A DNA stretch of 64,000 nucleotides, from assembly GCA_000708835.1 (NCBI GenBank), contig DF236960.1:214982-278981 (forward strand), given 5' to 3'. This DNA is from Klebsormidium nitens. Its lineage: Eukaryota; Plantae; Klebsormidiophyceae. This document shows, one piece after another, positions 23,786 through 37,417 of the stretch; position 1 is the stretch's first letter, and every line of letters begins with the position of its first letter. The notes below the pieces were generated by a model. It was not told the origin of the DNA. It worked only from the letters and a program-made list of their open reading frames with translations, and did not search any database. Both the position numbers and the translations under genes were made by a program.

Positions 23786-26541
23786 TCACTGACTCTCGCC
23801 ATCTTTGCGCTCAAGAAACTTCTCGAAGTGTTTCTTTTTCTCGGCAACCGCCGCTCTGGCTGCCGCTTTCCAACTTGAACCGCTCTCTTTATCTCCACTT
23901 TCCGGACCACGCGTATCTGTCGCAAAACCTGACCGGGGAACGTTCCTCGCCTGCGCTTTTTGTCCGCCACCTTTTGCTTCGACCTGGGTTTTCCCCCCGT
24001 TGATTGTCACCGAGGGAGCTTGGACCCCGTTCACACCCTCAGGTTCACCTTGATCCCTCTGTGCCGGTGCTTGCTTAAACCGCTCCTTCCAGGCCTCCGT
24101 CTTCGATTTGACTTTCTCCTGCGCGTCGAAACAATGTCCATGAGCTTCTGCATCTAACGTTTCGTCCGTGCGCAGACTATTTTGATGGTACGCTCTTTAA
24201 ATCTGCTGGTAAACAGGCGGCTGTCCATGTCGAATCAGTTCCTCATGAAACGTTTGTCAGAGAGCACCCATGTACGCTGAATCGATCCGTTACGAAAGCC
24301 CGTCTCACTTTCCTTCAAACGCTTCCGGTCTGTTAAGATGGCCAAAGGGTGACATGTATATTCGATTCAGCATCCGTTTGGGCAGCTCCGCACAGACTGA
24401 GGAGGCCGGAAATGACCTGAAGTTCAAGAGCCGTGTGCGCTGCGCGCTTCAGCTCAATTCGACTGCAGCCCGATAAACCTACCCCTTGACTTTCAATTGC
24501 TCTTTTCTGGCTGTCCTATAGGTATTCAAATGGACGACTGCCTGCCTCCGCAACACTTCAAAGCGACTCGCGGCCGCGCGCGTCGTGCAATTTGCCCGAC
24601 CGCCTGGGCGGCCGCGAGGGACGACGAAAGTTAAGCCGCGGCCGCTCTGCGCCGTAGCGCGCGGCCGCCCGCGGATGTGCACGGCTAAAACGCGCTCTCG
24701 CGCGAGCAAAAAGGCTTTTGTTGAAACGGTTGGCAGAGTGATTTATCTGTAGCGCGGTCCGGCGCGCCGCCACGTTAGTGGGCGCGGCGCCGAGCGCCCC
24801 GCGGGGCACTTCCAGCGCGCGGCTCAGAAACAGCCGCCGACTGGGAACTCAACCAGACGCGCAGGCCTCGACAGCGTCACCGGAAGGAAAACAAGGTATG
24901 CTGTTCACTTGTTCCGCTGCACCTTAGTGAGTCGGCAGGCGCCAGGTAATAGGCCGAGTTCTGAAACGAGGCCGCTCCCAAAGCTCAGGTATGTTTCTCG
25001 ACTGAATGATACTTCTGAGGACGCGCTTAGTTTCCAGAGTTCTACCATCGACTCTGCGGCCGCTGGTCCAAGTTCGAAAAAGGTTCAACTGGGCAGATCG
25101 GAGGGGCTGTCAGGCGAACTGCAGAAAATCGAAATGGCTGGGGGACAGGACAAAACCGCGTCGCTGTCGTCTAGTTTTTGACGTCAGAAAATGGACGCTT
25201 CAAATTCGTCGTTTCCAAGCAGTTTGCAGAATTTACCTGGTTTGCCTAGCTTTTCTTATGCATATCCTGTTTTTTCTCAGCAAGGATATGACAATCCTAA
25301 AGAGGCGACTGGTAAAATCGGTCCGGTAACCGCTATTGAACTCCAGGAAGCTAAATGTTGCAGACTGGGCTTGTTATGTGAAGTTCGGACGGCTGCAACG
25401 CGATTTCGGCCATCTTGAGCTACTGCGGTCCGCCTGCTGTAGACTCACCTTTCCGGCGGCGTACTTTTCCCCAACCGCTTCCACCGGGCCCCACAGCATC
25501 CCGGCCGCTTTCCCCGCCTTGTAACCCACGTAGGTTCCCAGGGCGCCCATGGCGGTTCCGACCCCGGTTATGTATAACCAGGGGCGCTGGCTGGGGCCGT
25601 TCTGGAAGTGGAAGTTGAGCTTGATGCCGCCCGGTAGTTCCAGCGCTTCCCCCGACCTGTTGCAGATACAAGAAAAAAAGGAGCCTGATGATCAGGCCGT
25701 GATAGACCTTATCTTTCTGGTATAAGGCAACCGCGTCTGGTCATCTTCTTCTTCTCCTCGAAACTCAGGATAGGAAGTTAAAGTGCCTGTTGTTACCGAT
25801 CATCGGTCAGCTGACCGGCCTGCGGATCCTATCATTCGAGCAGCTTCAATTTCAGAAAGCGCTTCCGAAAGAAAGGCTTTCAGCACACCTGAAGCGCGGA
25901 GTGGCAGCCAAGTTACACACAGCATGATTCACATGCACTCCACCTTCCAGAAGTACAAAGACCGTCTGTCACAAACCTGCCAATACAAACAAATGTTTCA
26001 GCGCTCAGTCCAATTGTGATCTGATCATAAGCGCTGGCCAAAAAGGACGAACAGCACCATTCCTGGAGAAGTTCCTATCTCGCGGAGAGGAATGACAGCA
26101 CTCTGATCACTTAGGCGGAATCCCAATTTCGGGCAAAGGAAGGGCTAGAAAACCCCGTAATCACGAAATCACTTGCAAGGTCATCCTTCCGTTTCAGCAA
26201 CAGAACGGCGATTCAAGCTATGAAACGTTCAAACTCGGAAGGTGTTCAAATATTCAGGTTCTAATTGGAGCTGAACTTGCAGGCCTTAGAGCAAGGCGTA
26301 AAACAACCCACCTGGAGCTATTAACGTTGACGTCTTGGGCAGTCTCTTTCAACCGGGCTCCAGCCGCCTCCGTAACGCTCCCCTCAGAGGCCGCCCCGCT
26401 AGCGTTACGGGCCTGAGGCGCAGCCGGACTCCCCCCCGGCCTGAGAGGCAGTCGGCCTTTCGACAGGAGCGGCCCCTCCGCTGACGTCACCCGTTTCATG
26501 ACCTGGGTCGACATTCTTCTGAAGGCAAAGCGAGCCGCCAT
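23786..26541 (-). CDS. Hypothetical single-pass membrane protein with mitochondrial-type presequence (256 aa)
   Basis: Exons 26541-26312, 25656-25449, 24118-23786(TGA) join in phase (2, then 0), 771 nt. N-terminus MAARFAFRRMSTQVMKRVTS is R-rich with no acidic residues. TM-like WLYITGVGTAMGALGTYVGY. K/E-rich C-terminus. No family recognised. Confidence 0.65.
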
Positions 26542-28479
26542 AGGTTGCTACAGGAAAGAGTGAGCCCCGAAGCAAAGTATCGACAAACTGTGGTACTCAA
26601 GGTGGAACTGCAGAGGAGCAGAGGTACGAGTATAAGAGTTTGCGGTCCAAGTTGACAGCGAAAGCAATCCAGTTCCTGTAAGCCTGGACGTTCTCGATGA
26701 GATTGTAAGAAAGAGCACCGAGCTCACCCCCTCGTGCTTATTGAAGGGCGATTTCCCAAGCTTTGAAGGACACGGCCTCTTATAGGCCTAAAGCAGCTTC
26801 GGACGCAGTACATTGCTTCTGTTTACAAAGACATTAGGGACTCGCTTCTGTCTAGTGGACTCGCAATCTGCCAGCTGTCGAGACAGCTTCTCTGCAATGC
26901 CCTGCCAGTTCAGTCTAGAATGATGATCACCGCTACCGATATTTGGCAATCTGGGCTCTAACATCACACGCAGTCTGAGCCAAAGAGGGACCCAGATCTT
27001 GTGAGTGCGCCCCTCTCCAAGTCGAGTCAACTGCAGCTAAGTTTTAAACGGGATGCTGGTCATGTCGATCATAGTATGCTTTCATATGGTGTCACGCACC
27101 TTTTTGGGGTAGCGACACCCTTGCGACCCGCTTCCCAGGCAAGCGTCATGATGACGTCGATTTTGGAGAGCTGGTCACGTCAAAGAAACAGAATCGGAAA
27201 TGGTGCAAGCTTCTAGTCGACGTACGTTTCATTCGAGTGCACCAATGATTGGACGTCCGGAGTGCCCAAGTACGCATGGGGCCATATACGCGTCCATTTT
27301 TGACTTGGGGGGGCGGCAATTCAGCTTACAGTGCCCCACTGCGCCTTCGGGGGCCTGCTGGCCAGGCCGGGCAGCGCGGACGCGGCCGCGAGCAGCGCGC
27401 GGCGGCCCCTTGCACGTGCAGCTAGGCAAAGTAGCAGTTGCGTTAGCGACTCCATCATCTGGTGCGCTGTGATTGGATCTGCCATTTCTCATAAGCTTTG
27501 ATGCCCGGCCAGCTCGGGCCCATGCAGACGGCCCGTCTTCTGAAACTATACCATCCAAGCAAGTGAACCGCTAATCTTGACACGCTTGTTCGTCAACACG
27601 TGTTGCACTCTGCTCGGAGTCCGACACTGCGACAATCCTGCATGCACAAGCTAGTAGCCTAGCCTAAGCTACCGCTCATGCACTGAGCCGCACGACCGGA
27701 AGATTGCATACAAATAAGATGTGCAGTATGCATGAATGCTGGCAGTGGCACGCTTGCAAAGTGTACACATGCTTGCAACTATGTTATAACAAGCGGCAGG
27801 CCTGGCGGCAAATCATTCTAGCTTGAGAATTAAATGATCGTTGATCCGCGACAGGAGAATTAAGAACCGTCCAAAAGCAGTTTGACTTAGCGGCCAAGAA
27901 ACGTACGTCGCAATGATGGTACGACATAATTGATAATGTCCATCCGTCGTCTCGAACTTGAACGTATATTCGTAGCATGTAGGCAACATCCGTGTACTTA
28001 AAGAAGCCGAACGTATCTCGTAACTGAGTGAAATACTATAAGCGTGTGATGAATTGACGAGATGCTAGGCTTAGTGTCGCTTTGTAAGAAGAACTATGTA
28101 CAGATTTTGTTAGCTACAGAGGCGCGCTTTGACGGGCGCAAAGAAGGCAACTGTCGCTTTGCTTCGCTAAATAACTCGCAAGCCCAAAACTGCGAGCAGA
28201 GACTGCCCTTTCGTGGGGAGAACCAGGAGTTGTTTATCGTCCGAAGGGCAGGTTCTCGACCTTTGATACAGCCTTTTGACTATTAACTGGCGTTACGTGC
28301 ATGTCAATCAAAAGGCACCAGGATGCTTGAAAGCGCGAGACGATCAATGTCTTCTTATACCAGATTACTCTATAGGGATGAGTAACGGCGGCCTGTCTTC
28401 GATAAATAACGGCCGTATAGTGCGACGTGAATTGGCGACTCACACTCGCCCCTCTTCTCGGACTTCGTTTTCAGGGCCG

Positions 28480-29667
28480 ACGTCCTCCATCTGCAGTCAT
28501 GAAGAACAAAGAGTACGGTCCTTGAGCTGAACTCGATGACCTTCAAATCGTACTTTACTTGAAAAAGGCGACAATCAAGGAGGACCTCGCGCGCTGAGAA
28601 ACAGGGTAGAAACAATTCTGACAGAAGCTCGGCTGTCGAGTGTAACATCGCCAGTCTAGATCGGATACAGGGCAGCTTCTGGGGAGAGCAGAGAAGACAG
28701 AGAGAGATTCCCGCCAAGACGGAGCGCGGATTGCCTTCCTTATTTCGGATGTTCTCCCTATTGCCTAAAACACGTCGAACGAGATTGCTAATGTCAGTTG
28801 AATCTTCGGTCGGTCCACAGAGTCTGCATAAAAACCTGCAACACCTGAGCCGTTCCGGTTGTTCAAGGTTGAGCGAGTAAGGCTTAAGGAAAGAAAGTAC
28901 GGTCTACCTGACGAGATAACGTGCACGGGAGTGAGGTAGACCAAGGGCCCGCACATTGCTGTTTGTGATTGGCTCTTAGAAACCAAAGCCTTATGAGCAG
29001 ATGTATTGCGGGTGTAAGTTGTCTGAATCCACTGGGTTAGCCCATAACCTACGTTGTTCGCTACTGACTCGCATTGCGCCCGTTTGCTTCAGCCAGGGAG
29101 TCCTGGTCCAATGACGACGGCGACAACTAATTTGGGCCCCCGGCGGTAAACCAACTTCGAAGTCTAGTGGTCAGAACCGGAGGGTCGGCTATTGATTGAA
29201 ACACGTTTCTCGCTAACCCTGGATTGCGTCGTCTTGCTTCAGCCAAGGAGTTCTGCTTCACTGACGACTGCGATTTGGTGGGGACCTTTCGGCGTCGCAC
29301 CAGGAATGAATCTGGTCAAAACTGACGGGTTAGGAACTGAACCCGCTGCGGGGTTTGGTACTAACCTGGATGGCGGCATCCTGCTTGGCCAGGGAGTTTT
29401 GCTTTAGGGAAGAGACGGCGCTCTGGTGTGGGCCCTTCGGCGCTTGTCAAGACAAACTTGGTCAAGATGACGGGTCAGCTACTGACCCGAACGGGTTTGG
29501 CACTAACCTGAATGGCGGCGTCTTGCTTAGCCAGGGAGTTTTGCTTCATGGAAGACGGGGCTTTGGTGTGGGCCCTCCGGCGTCGCATCAAAAAAGACGG
29601 CCACGGCCAAGACGCAGCACAGAGCGACGCCACCGACCACTCCAATCAAGATGTAGTACCACTGTAA
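28480..29667 (+). pseudogene. Probable degraded gene; last exon preceded by three echo copies
   Basis: 28480-28760 reads as coding-like sequence with in-frame stops (..EYGP*AELDDLQIVLYLKKATIKEDL..). A putative terminal exon 29531-29667 (REFCFMEDGALVWALRRRIKKDG...VVPL*) follows CTAAC...TTGCTTAG. Confidence 0.3.
29080..29600 (+). repeat. Four degenerate ~148-bp tandem units (branch point + acceptor + exon start)
   Basis: TTGCTT(C)AG|CCA(G/A)GGAG recurs with the AG at 29091, 29241, 29387 (mutated to GG) and 29529; CTAAC precedes the last three. Confidence 0.75.
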
Positions 29668-29998
29668 AAGAGGTGACCCGATTTCAGAAATCACTTTTGA
29701 GCCAGTGTATCTCTAGATACGACTGCGATCGGTTCATGTTTTGGCCACACGTAGGCCTACGTACGACTTCGCTGTGATGAAGAAATGTGTTTTGACTTTT
29801 GCAAAGAAATTTTACCGGGTGTCACGAAGTCGAAAGCAGGCCTACAAGTCCGCTGCGAAGGAGAAGGCAAAGCATTGAAAGTGCAATCGACGTTTTCCGC
29901 AGTTGACAAGGCTTGTCCGACAAAAGAATCTAACTTTCCACACAGTAACAGAGGCGGCCGCGAGGAGCCCATTCTCATGGGGCAGAAAGGAACCGAGA

Positions 29999-32900
29999 TC
30001 AAATCACCTGCAAAAAATTGATTGATTGTCATCGCAGAAGCGAAATTTAAGCAGCAAGTTCGCTCCTAAACCCACGCGCTTTACCACAGTCAGCTGTGTG
30101 TAAAAACCTTTGGCTACTGATAAGGAGAAAAGAAAACGAAGTTCACCAACAGGGTTTTGGAAGACTCTGGTACTGAGGAAAAGGGCAGGTCGTCTATTGG
30201 TCGAGCAAAGCCTCCGACATGAGACGAAATCAAGTTGAATCAACACTTGCATCCTCAATCGAAACTGGCAGGAAAGGCCACAAGGACTTGATTTTACGAC
30301 AGTAACCAGACATGAATCGAACACTCTCAACCGAGAATCTGAGTGAGCAAAGGCAGGAAAGGCGTCAGCTTACTTTCGCTCCCGAGCTGCTGCTCGGTGA
30401 GGTGATGATGGAGTTCGACGGCGGCGTCGAAGGCGCAGTCTGGGCAGTGGCGGCGAGCGCTTTCGTATCGAAGATCGAGCAGTCCGCGCCGCTGTATCCC
30501 GCGGCGCAGGTACAGGCCTGCTGGTTCTGAGAATCGATTGTGCACCTATGGGGGGGGGAAATAAGACGCTTAATGAGGGATACGTTGGGGGGGTCCGCTT
30601 TGGGGGGTGTCAGTTTGTGATGAGAGGGTTCCCTTTGTTGAAAGCGTTGACAAACGGAGAATGACTCTGCGGCGAGCGATTTGAACATCGAAAGCCGAGC
30701 AGTTGGGCGGAGGTGCGGGCCGACTGCTTCTGGGAATCGAGTCCGCACCTAGGAAGAAGAGGAGATACTACTTTGCGTCGACTAATACTAGACGACTATT
30801 GGTCGAGCGCTTTTGAATCGAACGGCGACTGGTCCACCGCACCGCTCTCTTTGGCCGGCAGTTTGTTTGGGTTGAGAAAACGGCTCCACATGTGGAACCC
30901 AAGCAAACTCCCACTGCCGTAGAATGGCGACTCTTTCGCAGGGGCACCTACGAACTACGGAATCTTCGCCAGACGTGTAGTAGTCAACATACAGCGCCAC
31001 TTTAGAAACAAAACTTGCTTGCCGCCGTTTTGGCAGATACCCTGTCCGCAGGTGAAATCGAGCAACTCGCACTGCATGCCGTAGAAAGGCGACTTTTTCA
31101 CCAGGGCGCCCGCCAAATCGTCGCCGGATGCTCAACCATAAAAGTCGATGTACAGCTGAAAGAAAATTTGCCTGCCGCCGTTTTGGCAGATAACCTGTCC
31201 ACAGGTGAATCCGGCCACCTTGCACTGAGTGCCGTAGAAAGGCGACCTCTTTCGCCGGGGCATCTGCGAAACCGTCGCCGGATGCGCAATCATAAAACTC
31301 AAGGTAGAGCTCCACTTTAAGGGAGAAAACTTACTTGCCGCCGTTTTGGCAGATAACCTGTCCACAGGTGAAACCGGCCACCTCGCACTGAGTGCCGTAG
31401 AAAGGCGCCTGGCAAGCACACGTCCCGGTCCCTGAGGCCGGGCATCTGCCCCCGTGCGTGCAGTAGAACCCGAACTGGTTGCAAATCGTCGCAGGAATCT
31501 CGCACTGCTCCCCACTGCAGTTGAAGAGGAAATATATGAAACATTACTGTAGTCGTACTCGATGCCCTTTTTTACATTATACTGTATCGGTCCCCGAGGC
31601 GGGGCACCTGTCGCCGTGTGTGCAATAAAAGCCGAACTGGTTGCAAATCGTCGCCGGAATCTCGCACTGCGCCCCACTGCAAATGCAATAAGCCGAGTTC
31701 ATTGAAGCAAAACCTGATGAAGGATTCGATATTCCCTGCTTCGACCGTTACTACTGTTTACTGTGGTCGTGCGTTTGCCGCCGTGTGTGCAGTAGAACCT
31801 GAACTGCTTGCAGATCGTCACCGCGTTTCGCACTGCTCCCCGCTGCAGTTAGAGATAACCCGATATGCTTAATGCTTAAACAGTTCCGGTTGGAGTTTTT
31901 AGGACCGTTTCCTGAGGCGGGGCACCTGCCGCAGTGCGTGCAGTAGAAGCCGAACTGGTGGCAGATCGTCGCCGGCGTCTCGCACTGCGCCCCCCTGCGG
32001 GTACAATGAACTCACTTGATTGAGGCAAGGAACAACAGTCCCAAACTTGGGCTCCCTTGTTTCGGCTATTTTTTCCGATTCCAGAGTCCGGCTGTGCGTG
32101 CAGTAAATACCCGGCCGGCGTCTCGCACTGCAGCACCCTACGTATGCAAGAAGCTGAGTCGATGCGACGAGGGAGAGAACGATCTAGAACTGAATCCTCC
32201 TGTTCAGGTTGTTTTGGTATTGTTTGCTGTGGCAGGGCATTTGCAGCCGAGCGCGCAATAGAGGCCGGACTACTTGCAGATTATTGGCGGCGTCTCACGT
32301 CGTCCTTGGTTCGGCAAAAAGACTAGGTTAATGAGAGTAACTGGGATTCGCTGATTACACGTTGGAAAGCATGATTATGAATGCGATCCGACGGGTCACC
32401 TTCTTTCAACAGCTGGTGTAACAGGGAGGTGTGAATCTTGTTAAGAGCTTTGGGTGGAAAAAAGCACATGGTAATAACTATTTTGAGTTCGTCGAAGGAG
32501 CAATCTCGGGGGTTTGTTAGTGTTTTGGGATGCCGGTTCTCGACGCGACAGACGTGGAAGCGTCTGAGCACGACACGAAAGAACTCCAGAAGGAAGAAAG
32601 AAGAATAAGTCTAATAGAAAGCGAAACCAGGTAGAGATGGGAGGAGGGGGGGAATTCTCATGTAGACGTCTGCACTTCAAGCTTTGACTGCGGCTCTAGA
32701 TTGAGGAGACGCATCGCGGTGCGAACTGAGAGCATCAGAAAGTCGACTTCGTCAGCACGACGTCAGCGTCGGATACTCACGTGAAGAACAAGCTGCCGGC
32801 GGTGTTGTCGGAGGCGGGGCACTTGCACGTACAGCCGCGGGAGGAGCTCAGCTGACGTCACAGAAGCGACAGGGAAAACGCATCAGTCCGGCGACGCAAC

Positions 32901-35649
32901 AAGAGAAGCCTCCGGCCAGTGCAATAGATTCATCGGATCCTCCCAACAGAGCAGCTATTTCAATTTTCCGAGAACCGGCGTCAGGCGTTCTTGTTCTTCT
33001 TTGTTCAAGACAAGGACAAAGAGTCAGTTTGGAATCATTGGTGTCATAGCTGTAAGGGAACGGCGCTTGCCAATCCGATAGGCGATTATGCCGACAGGTG
33101 CCCAATGCTCAAACGCTCAAGCTCTGCTGCTAAGATTTCTTTCGACGACAGGGGTCGAGAACGTCGGCCATCTGTTCAACCATGTACTTTCCATCACGCA
33201 AGTTGGTGCGTATCTCCTTTTCTGATTGGAAGTCTGCCGTCTGCTTCCGGACGTGAGGGCCAGTGATCCTTTTACTGCATGGAACCGCCGTTTCAGCCAT
33301 ATCCAATACTAGCTTGTCAACTGTCTGGAGAAGAACGGGCCGTTCGAAAGGTCAAGCGGAGCCATCAGACGGGCCCGATCGTGCGATACTGAACCAGATC
33401 GACGTTGCAGGGAGAAGCTACAATTGACCAAGCTGGTAACGAACACCCCCACCTTTGCGGTTTTTCTCCTGAACTCCTCGTTCTAGTTTCTGTATAGAGA
33501 ATCTCACCTGCCCAACTCCGCCGTTCAAACAGGGGGGGTCACACTGGACGCTCGCTACGGGAGCTGGTGGTGTGAATATGCTAGCGTTGTAAGTTGCGGG
33601 TGCGACATAACCTGGACGGTGCAGAAGATTAAGTTGGGTAATGATGCTCCACCTTGAGTTGCTCAGGCTGAGCTGTGAACGTCCATACCAGCACGTCAAA
33701 ATGCCTTCCAGAAAGCCTGATCGTAAATAACTTGACACCCTTGGCTGGTGATACCAACGACCGTCAGATGCTGATTTCTACCTCAAACAGGAGGATCACC
33801 AGTAGAAGCCTTCAGGAAGTAGATTCGGCATGAGAAGATCTTGTGGGTTACTTGCGGTCATTATCAATTCTGGTGAACCAAATGAACGCATGCTAGCCTA
33901 TTCAGGTGTTCAGGACGGAGGAGTCAGCAGAAGAACCACTTGTCACATTGCCCTCTTAAACCGATTGGAATCGAGCAACGGGTCCTTCTAACCAGACCAG
34001 AACTTTGAAAGAAATCAGGCGCCAATCTGCTATCAGAGGGAGGGAGAAATAACTGTCCAGATTTGTGGATATCAAAGACCTGAAGCAGACCACAAGCAGA
34101 TTGAAAGAAGTGAGTCAATGGTGAGCACATTGCGTGGGCTTCAAATTGACACAAGCTACCTTCGAAGCTTGCTGAGAAGGAGGAGCACAAAGGTATGTAT
34201 CAACCATCAGAGCCACCCAGAACTCAGAACCCCAAACCCAACCCTCAAAATTTTCAGAATCCAAGCCCCGAACGCCCCGAACGCCCCGAACGCCCCGAAC
34301 GCCCCAAACCCTAAACCTTCAAACAGACAAAACCATAAAACCCTACAATCAGGAGAGTCACTGTTTTTCCTGCGGGAGAGAGACCAGAAGTCGACATTGT
34401 ACCTGGAGGCGATTGGAGTGGTCCGGGAAGAGGCGCAACGCCGCCAGGGTTCGGATCGACCGGTGCGTCGATGATGCCGAACAGGAACCGCTGGATTTCT
34501 GCAATGACAGTGGCAAGATGCTCTGAGATACGAGGGCCACAAAGAGAAAAATTACATCTGAACTGATATCAGCGCTCCCAGTACGAATTACATTCTGAGC
34601 TCATTGCCTTTGGCAAGAGAATGACTACCAGGTTCCGACCTGCACAGATTCAAAGAGAGTTCCCAACCTTCTGCGAGAATTTTGACACACACATGCACAT
34701 GCTTCTGCATTCACAGGACCTGCAACTATTATGAACCCGAAAAGATAAGGCAATCTATTGCTCAGCCCTTCGAAGCTGCGACCGCGGATCAAAAGCAGAG
34801 CCTTGTTGATGGTAAACTTTCCGTCGAACCTTTTTGCATCTGTCGCACTACACGGCCAATGCCCCTTTTCAAGCCTATACTGAGAGAGTTGAGAGGCGAA
34901 CCGTCAAGTGACCACCAAACAGACTCTGTGGCAGCCTTCAACCAGCTACTAAAGAGGCTTGCATAGTTGACAAGACCCAACCTGGATTAGCAATGTCGCT
35001 TTGTCTATCAAGCAAGGGATCCGATCACTTTTAAGATTGAGTTTGGAGTCACCCGTTTGTGACTTTGCTCTAGGGTTTGCTTCCTCCCTTTGCAACAAGT
35101 GGCTTCAGCTTTTGACCAACAGGAAAAACATTGTCTTTAAAGGAGGGATTGCTTTAGATCCAAGCCGAGGGAATAAAAAATCTGATTTCAAGAACTTACG
35201 CCATTTCCATGCTAAATTCAGACATGTTAGCCTAGTAAGCCATACTTTCACAGTTTGAGCATGAGTCAACTGTTTCCCTCAATCTCCAAATCGTTTCAAG
35301 AAATGTGGGCAGCAGGTTTGACCCTTTCATCTTCTGGTCAACCTCATAACTGGGGATCAACGGAATGCTGCAGAGACCTGACAAAAAAAAAGGGGAGGCC
35401 CATCCATAAATTGCACACATATCACAAGGATTGGCTACAAGAGATCCTCAGAACTTGCAATCACCCTCGCCAAATCCACAGCTTACCAGCCAACGCATTT
35501 CGGGTGAGGATCAGGCCCGGCCTCCGTCCGCTTATGGGCACTCCATTGCTTACGCGGCTCCCAGCAGCTACGTTGCAAACCAGCATCAACGTAGTAATCA
35601 CCAACTGCAGCGAGCGCTTATGCCCACATATACTCTTTCGGAGAGCCAT
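29999..35649 (-). CDS. Secreted protein with three EGF-like domains (264 aa)
   Basis: Exons 35649-35487, 34498-34403, 33611-33508, 32851-32781, 31514-31335, 30545-30374, 30007-29999 join in phase (795 nt). Signal peptide MALRKSICGHKRSLQLVITTLMLVCNVAA. EGF patterns CNQFGFYCTHGGRCPASGTGTCACQAPFYGTQC and CGQVICQNGGKCTIDSQNQQACTCAAGYSGADC, plus an atypical first repeat CDPPCLNGG...CTCKC...TGEQC. The 2-codon last exon is the least certain part. Confidence 0.8.
34265..34315 (+). repeat. 9-bp tandem repeat (GCCCCGAAC)x4 grading into telomere-like AAACCCTAAA
   Basis: Read directly; lies in intron 2 of the EGF gene. Confidence 0.9.
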
Positions 35650-37211
35650 TTTCCAGCTCAACCTTTCTGACTCCTCACTTTGACAATGCTGACCCGCGAA
35701 AAGATCTCTCAAGATTTAAAAGCACCGTGCCTTTTCAATGTAGCTGGCGCCCTGTCAATTACGCATCGACCTATACGGCCAAGGTTTTCCAAGCGCAATA
35801 AGATTCGCTCACGGCGGAGCAAGCTGAATATGTGATTGCGTGCCCAGCTTTAGCATCTGAGGTCTGGTTTCGATGCTGGCTGCCGGCAATGCAAGGCCAC
35901 CTGCTCCCCACCTTCTTCTAAAGCCTAAGCTGGCTATTGCCCATATCGGTATTACAGCTAAGGGTTGTGTGAATGGACTTGGTTGTGCTTATCCCTTCTG
36001 AACTACTAAAGGGATGCGCACTTAGCGGCTTCCAAATGCTCTTCAAGGGCTCAACATCCATCATCGAAAGCGACAAAGCTGGCCAGAAACCTGATTGCTC
36101 GCGCATAATGCTGTCCGTCCAATTTCGGCGGAGCCCTTTTCCTCAGAAGCAGAATTCTTTCAGCTCTAAGCTAAAAGCGGGCGTATGCGCCAGAAATCTC
36201 CATCACAAAACGCCAGGTACCGGAACAAGCCCGAATGTGAACTGGATTCCTGTATGGCCCATGGCCGCTCCATCAATCCATCACTCAAGTTGACAGCCTG
36301 CTCATGAATCAATCCATCACTCAAATTGCCAGCCTGCTAGTCCTTGATTCCATTGCTGCCGATGATTTGTCTTCATGCGCCGGTTTCTCAACTTTCTGCA
36401 GCTACAGGTTTCACGAATCACGACAGTTTGCAAGTGCACCTCGCAGAGCAGACTCAAGCTGAGCGCATGCAAACTGCTCAGTGCACATGCACGAAGTTGC
36501 AAGTTGCAACCACTGGCACTGGCAGTCTGGCTCTCTTGCGACGCCTCAAGGATGATGGGAGGTCTCAGTTGATAACCGGCAGCTAGCGGTGACGTATATC
36601 AAACTGGATACTTGTCCGTCGAAAGAGAGCCGGCTAATTTACCCGAAACTTGATTAGACGGTTCAAGCGCCGTGCGCACGACGGCGGTTCTCGCCGTCAG
36701 TTCGCGGCGAGTCGAGGGCCATTTTTTGGCCGACTGTGGACGTCAGCAACATGTGCATCACATGAACCACGTGGGACGCGGCACCGCGCACGCACAATGT
36801 CGACATTATGGCTGTCAGGCACCCGGTTGCTGAGGAAGATGTCGCAACATGATCGGCAAGCGTGCCCTAGGCTCCGAGCTCAGCCTCTGTTGGGAAATTG
36901 CGCTCGGAAGTCTAGGCTGAGAGAGTGCTCGACTTTCAAATAGTCCTGTACGGTCCCCGGAAGAGGATGCCCGGCCGCCAATCTACCGATCGCAGGAGTC
37001 CGATCGCTCGTCTGCATGGTGAAGGAGGGCGCATGCATGGGCGGCGGGCCATCCCGGCCCATGTCTAGGTAAACAGATGGTGTCTAAACCTGGATTGCAT
37101 CCTAGCCAAGGTGCTACCCAAGCTAGATTTCATCTTGGCCAATTATTGCAAGCTCATTCGAGCTGCCAACCAAGAAAGTCAGGATTTTTGGAATCTTGGC
37201 AAACCTAGCTA

Positions 37212-37417
37212 CCGTACCAAATGTCCGGTTGGGCAGATTTTTGCCCAATATTTAATTTCGTATCTCATGGATATTGGGCAGCTTCATTTATCCATTTATT
37301 TTGTTTTTTTACGGGGCAAAATGATCTGCAAATCGTTAATTGGAATTTATTTTCAATTCAGATTTTTGGGCAAGTCAAACAATATTTAATTGTTGCCCAA
37401 CCGGACAATTGGTACGG
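37212..37417. mobile_element. 206-bp Tc1/mariner-type MITE
   Basis: TIR CCGTACCAAATGTCCGGTTGGGCA (37212-37235) vs TGCCCAACCGGACAATTGGTACGG (37394-37417), 1 mismatch. TA TSD at 37210-37211 and 37418-37419. AT-rich interior. Confidence 0.8.

Noticed and set aside
33612-33738. Upstream extension GFLEGILTCW... of the EGF-gene exon shown in ORF 33418-33738
   Set aside because: The CCAG|GT acceptor at 33611 joins exon 2 in phase, so the extension is probably intronic read-through.
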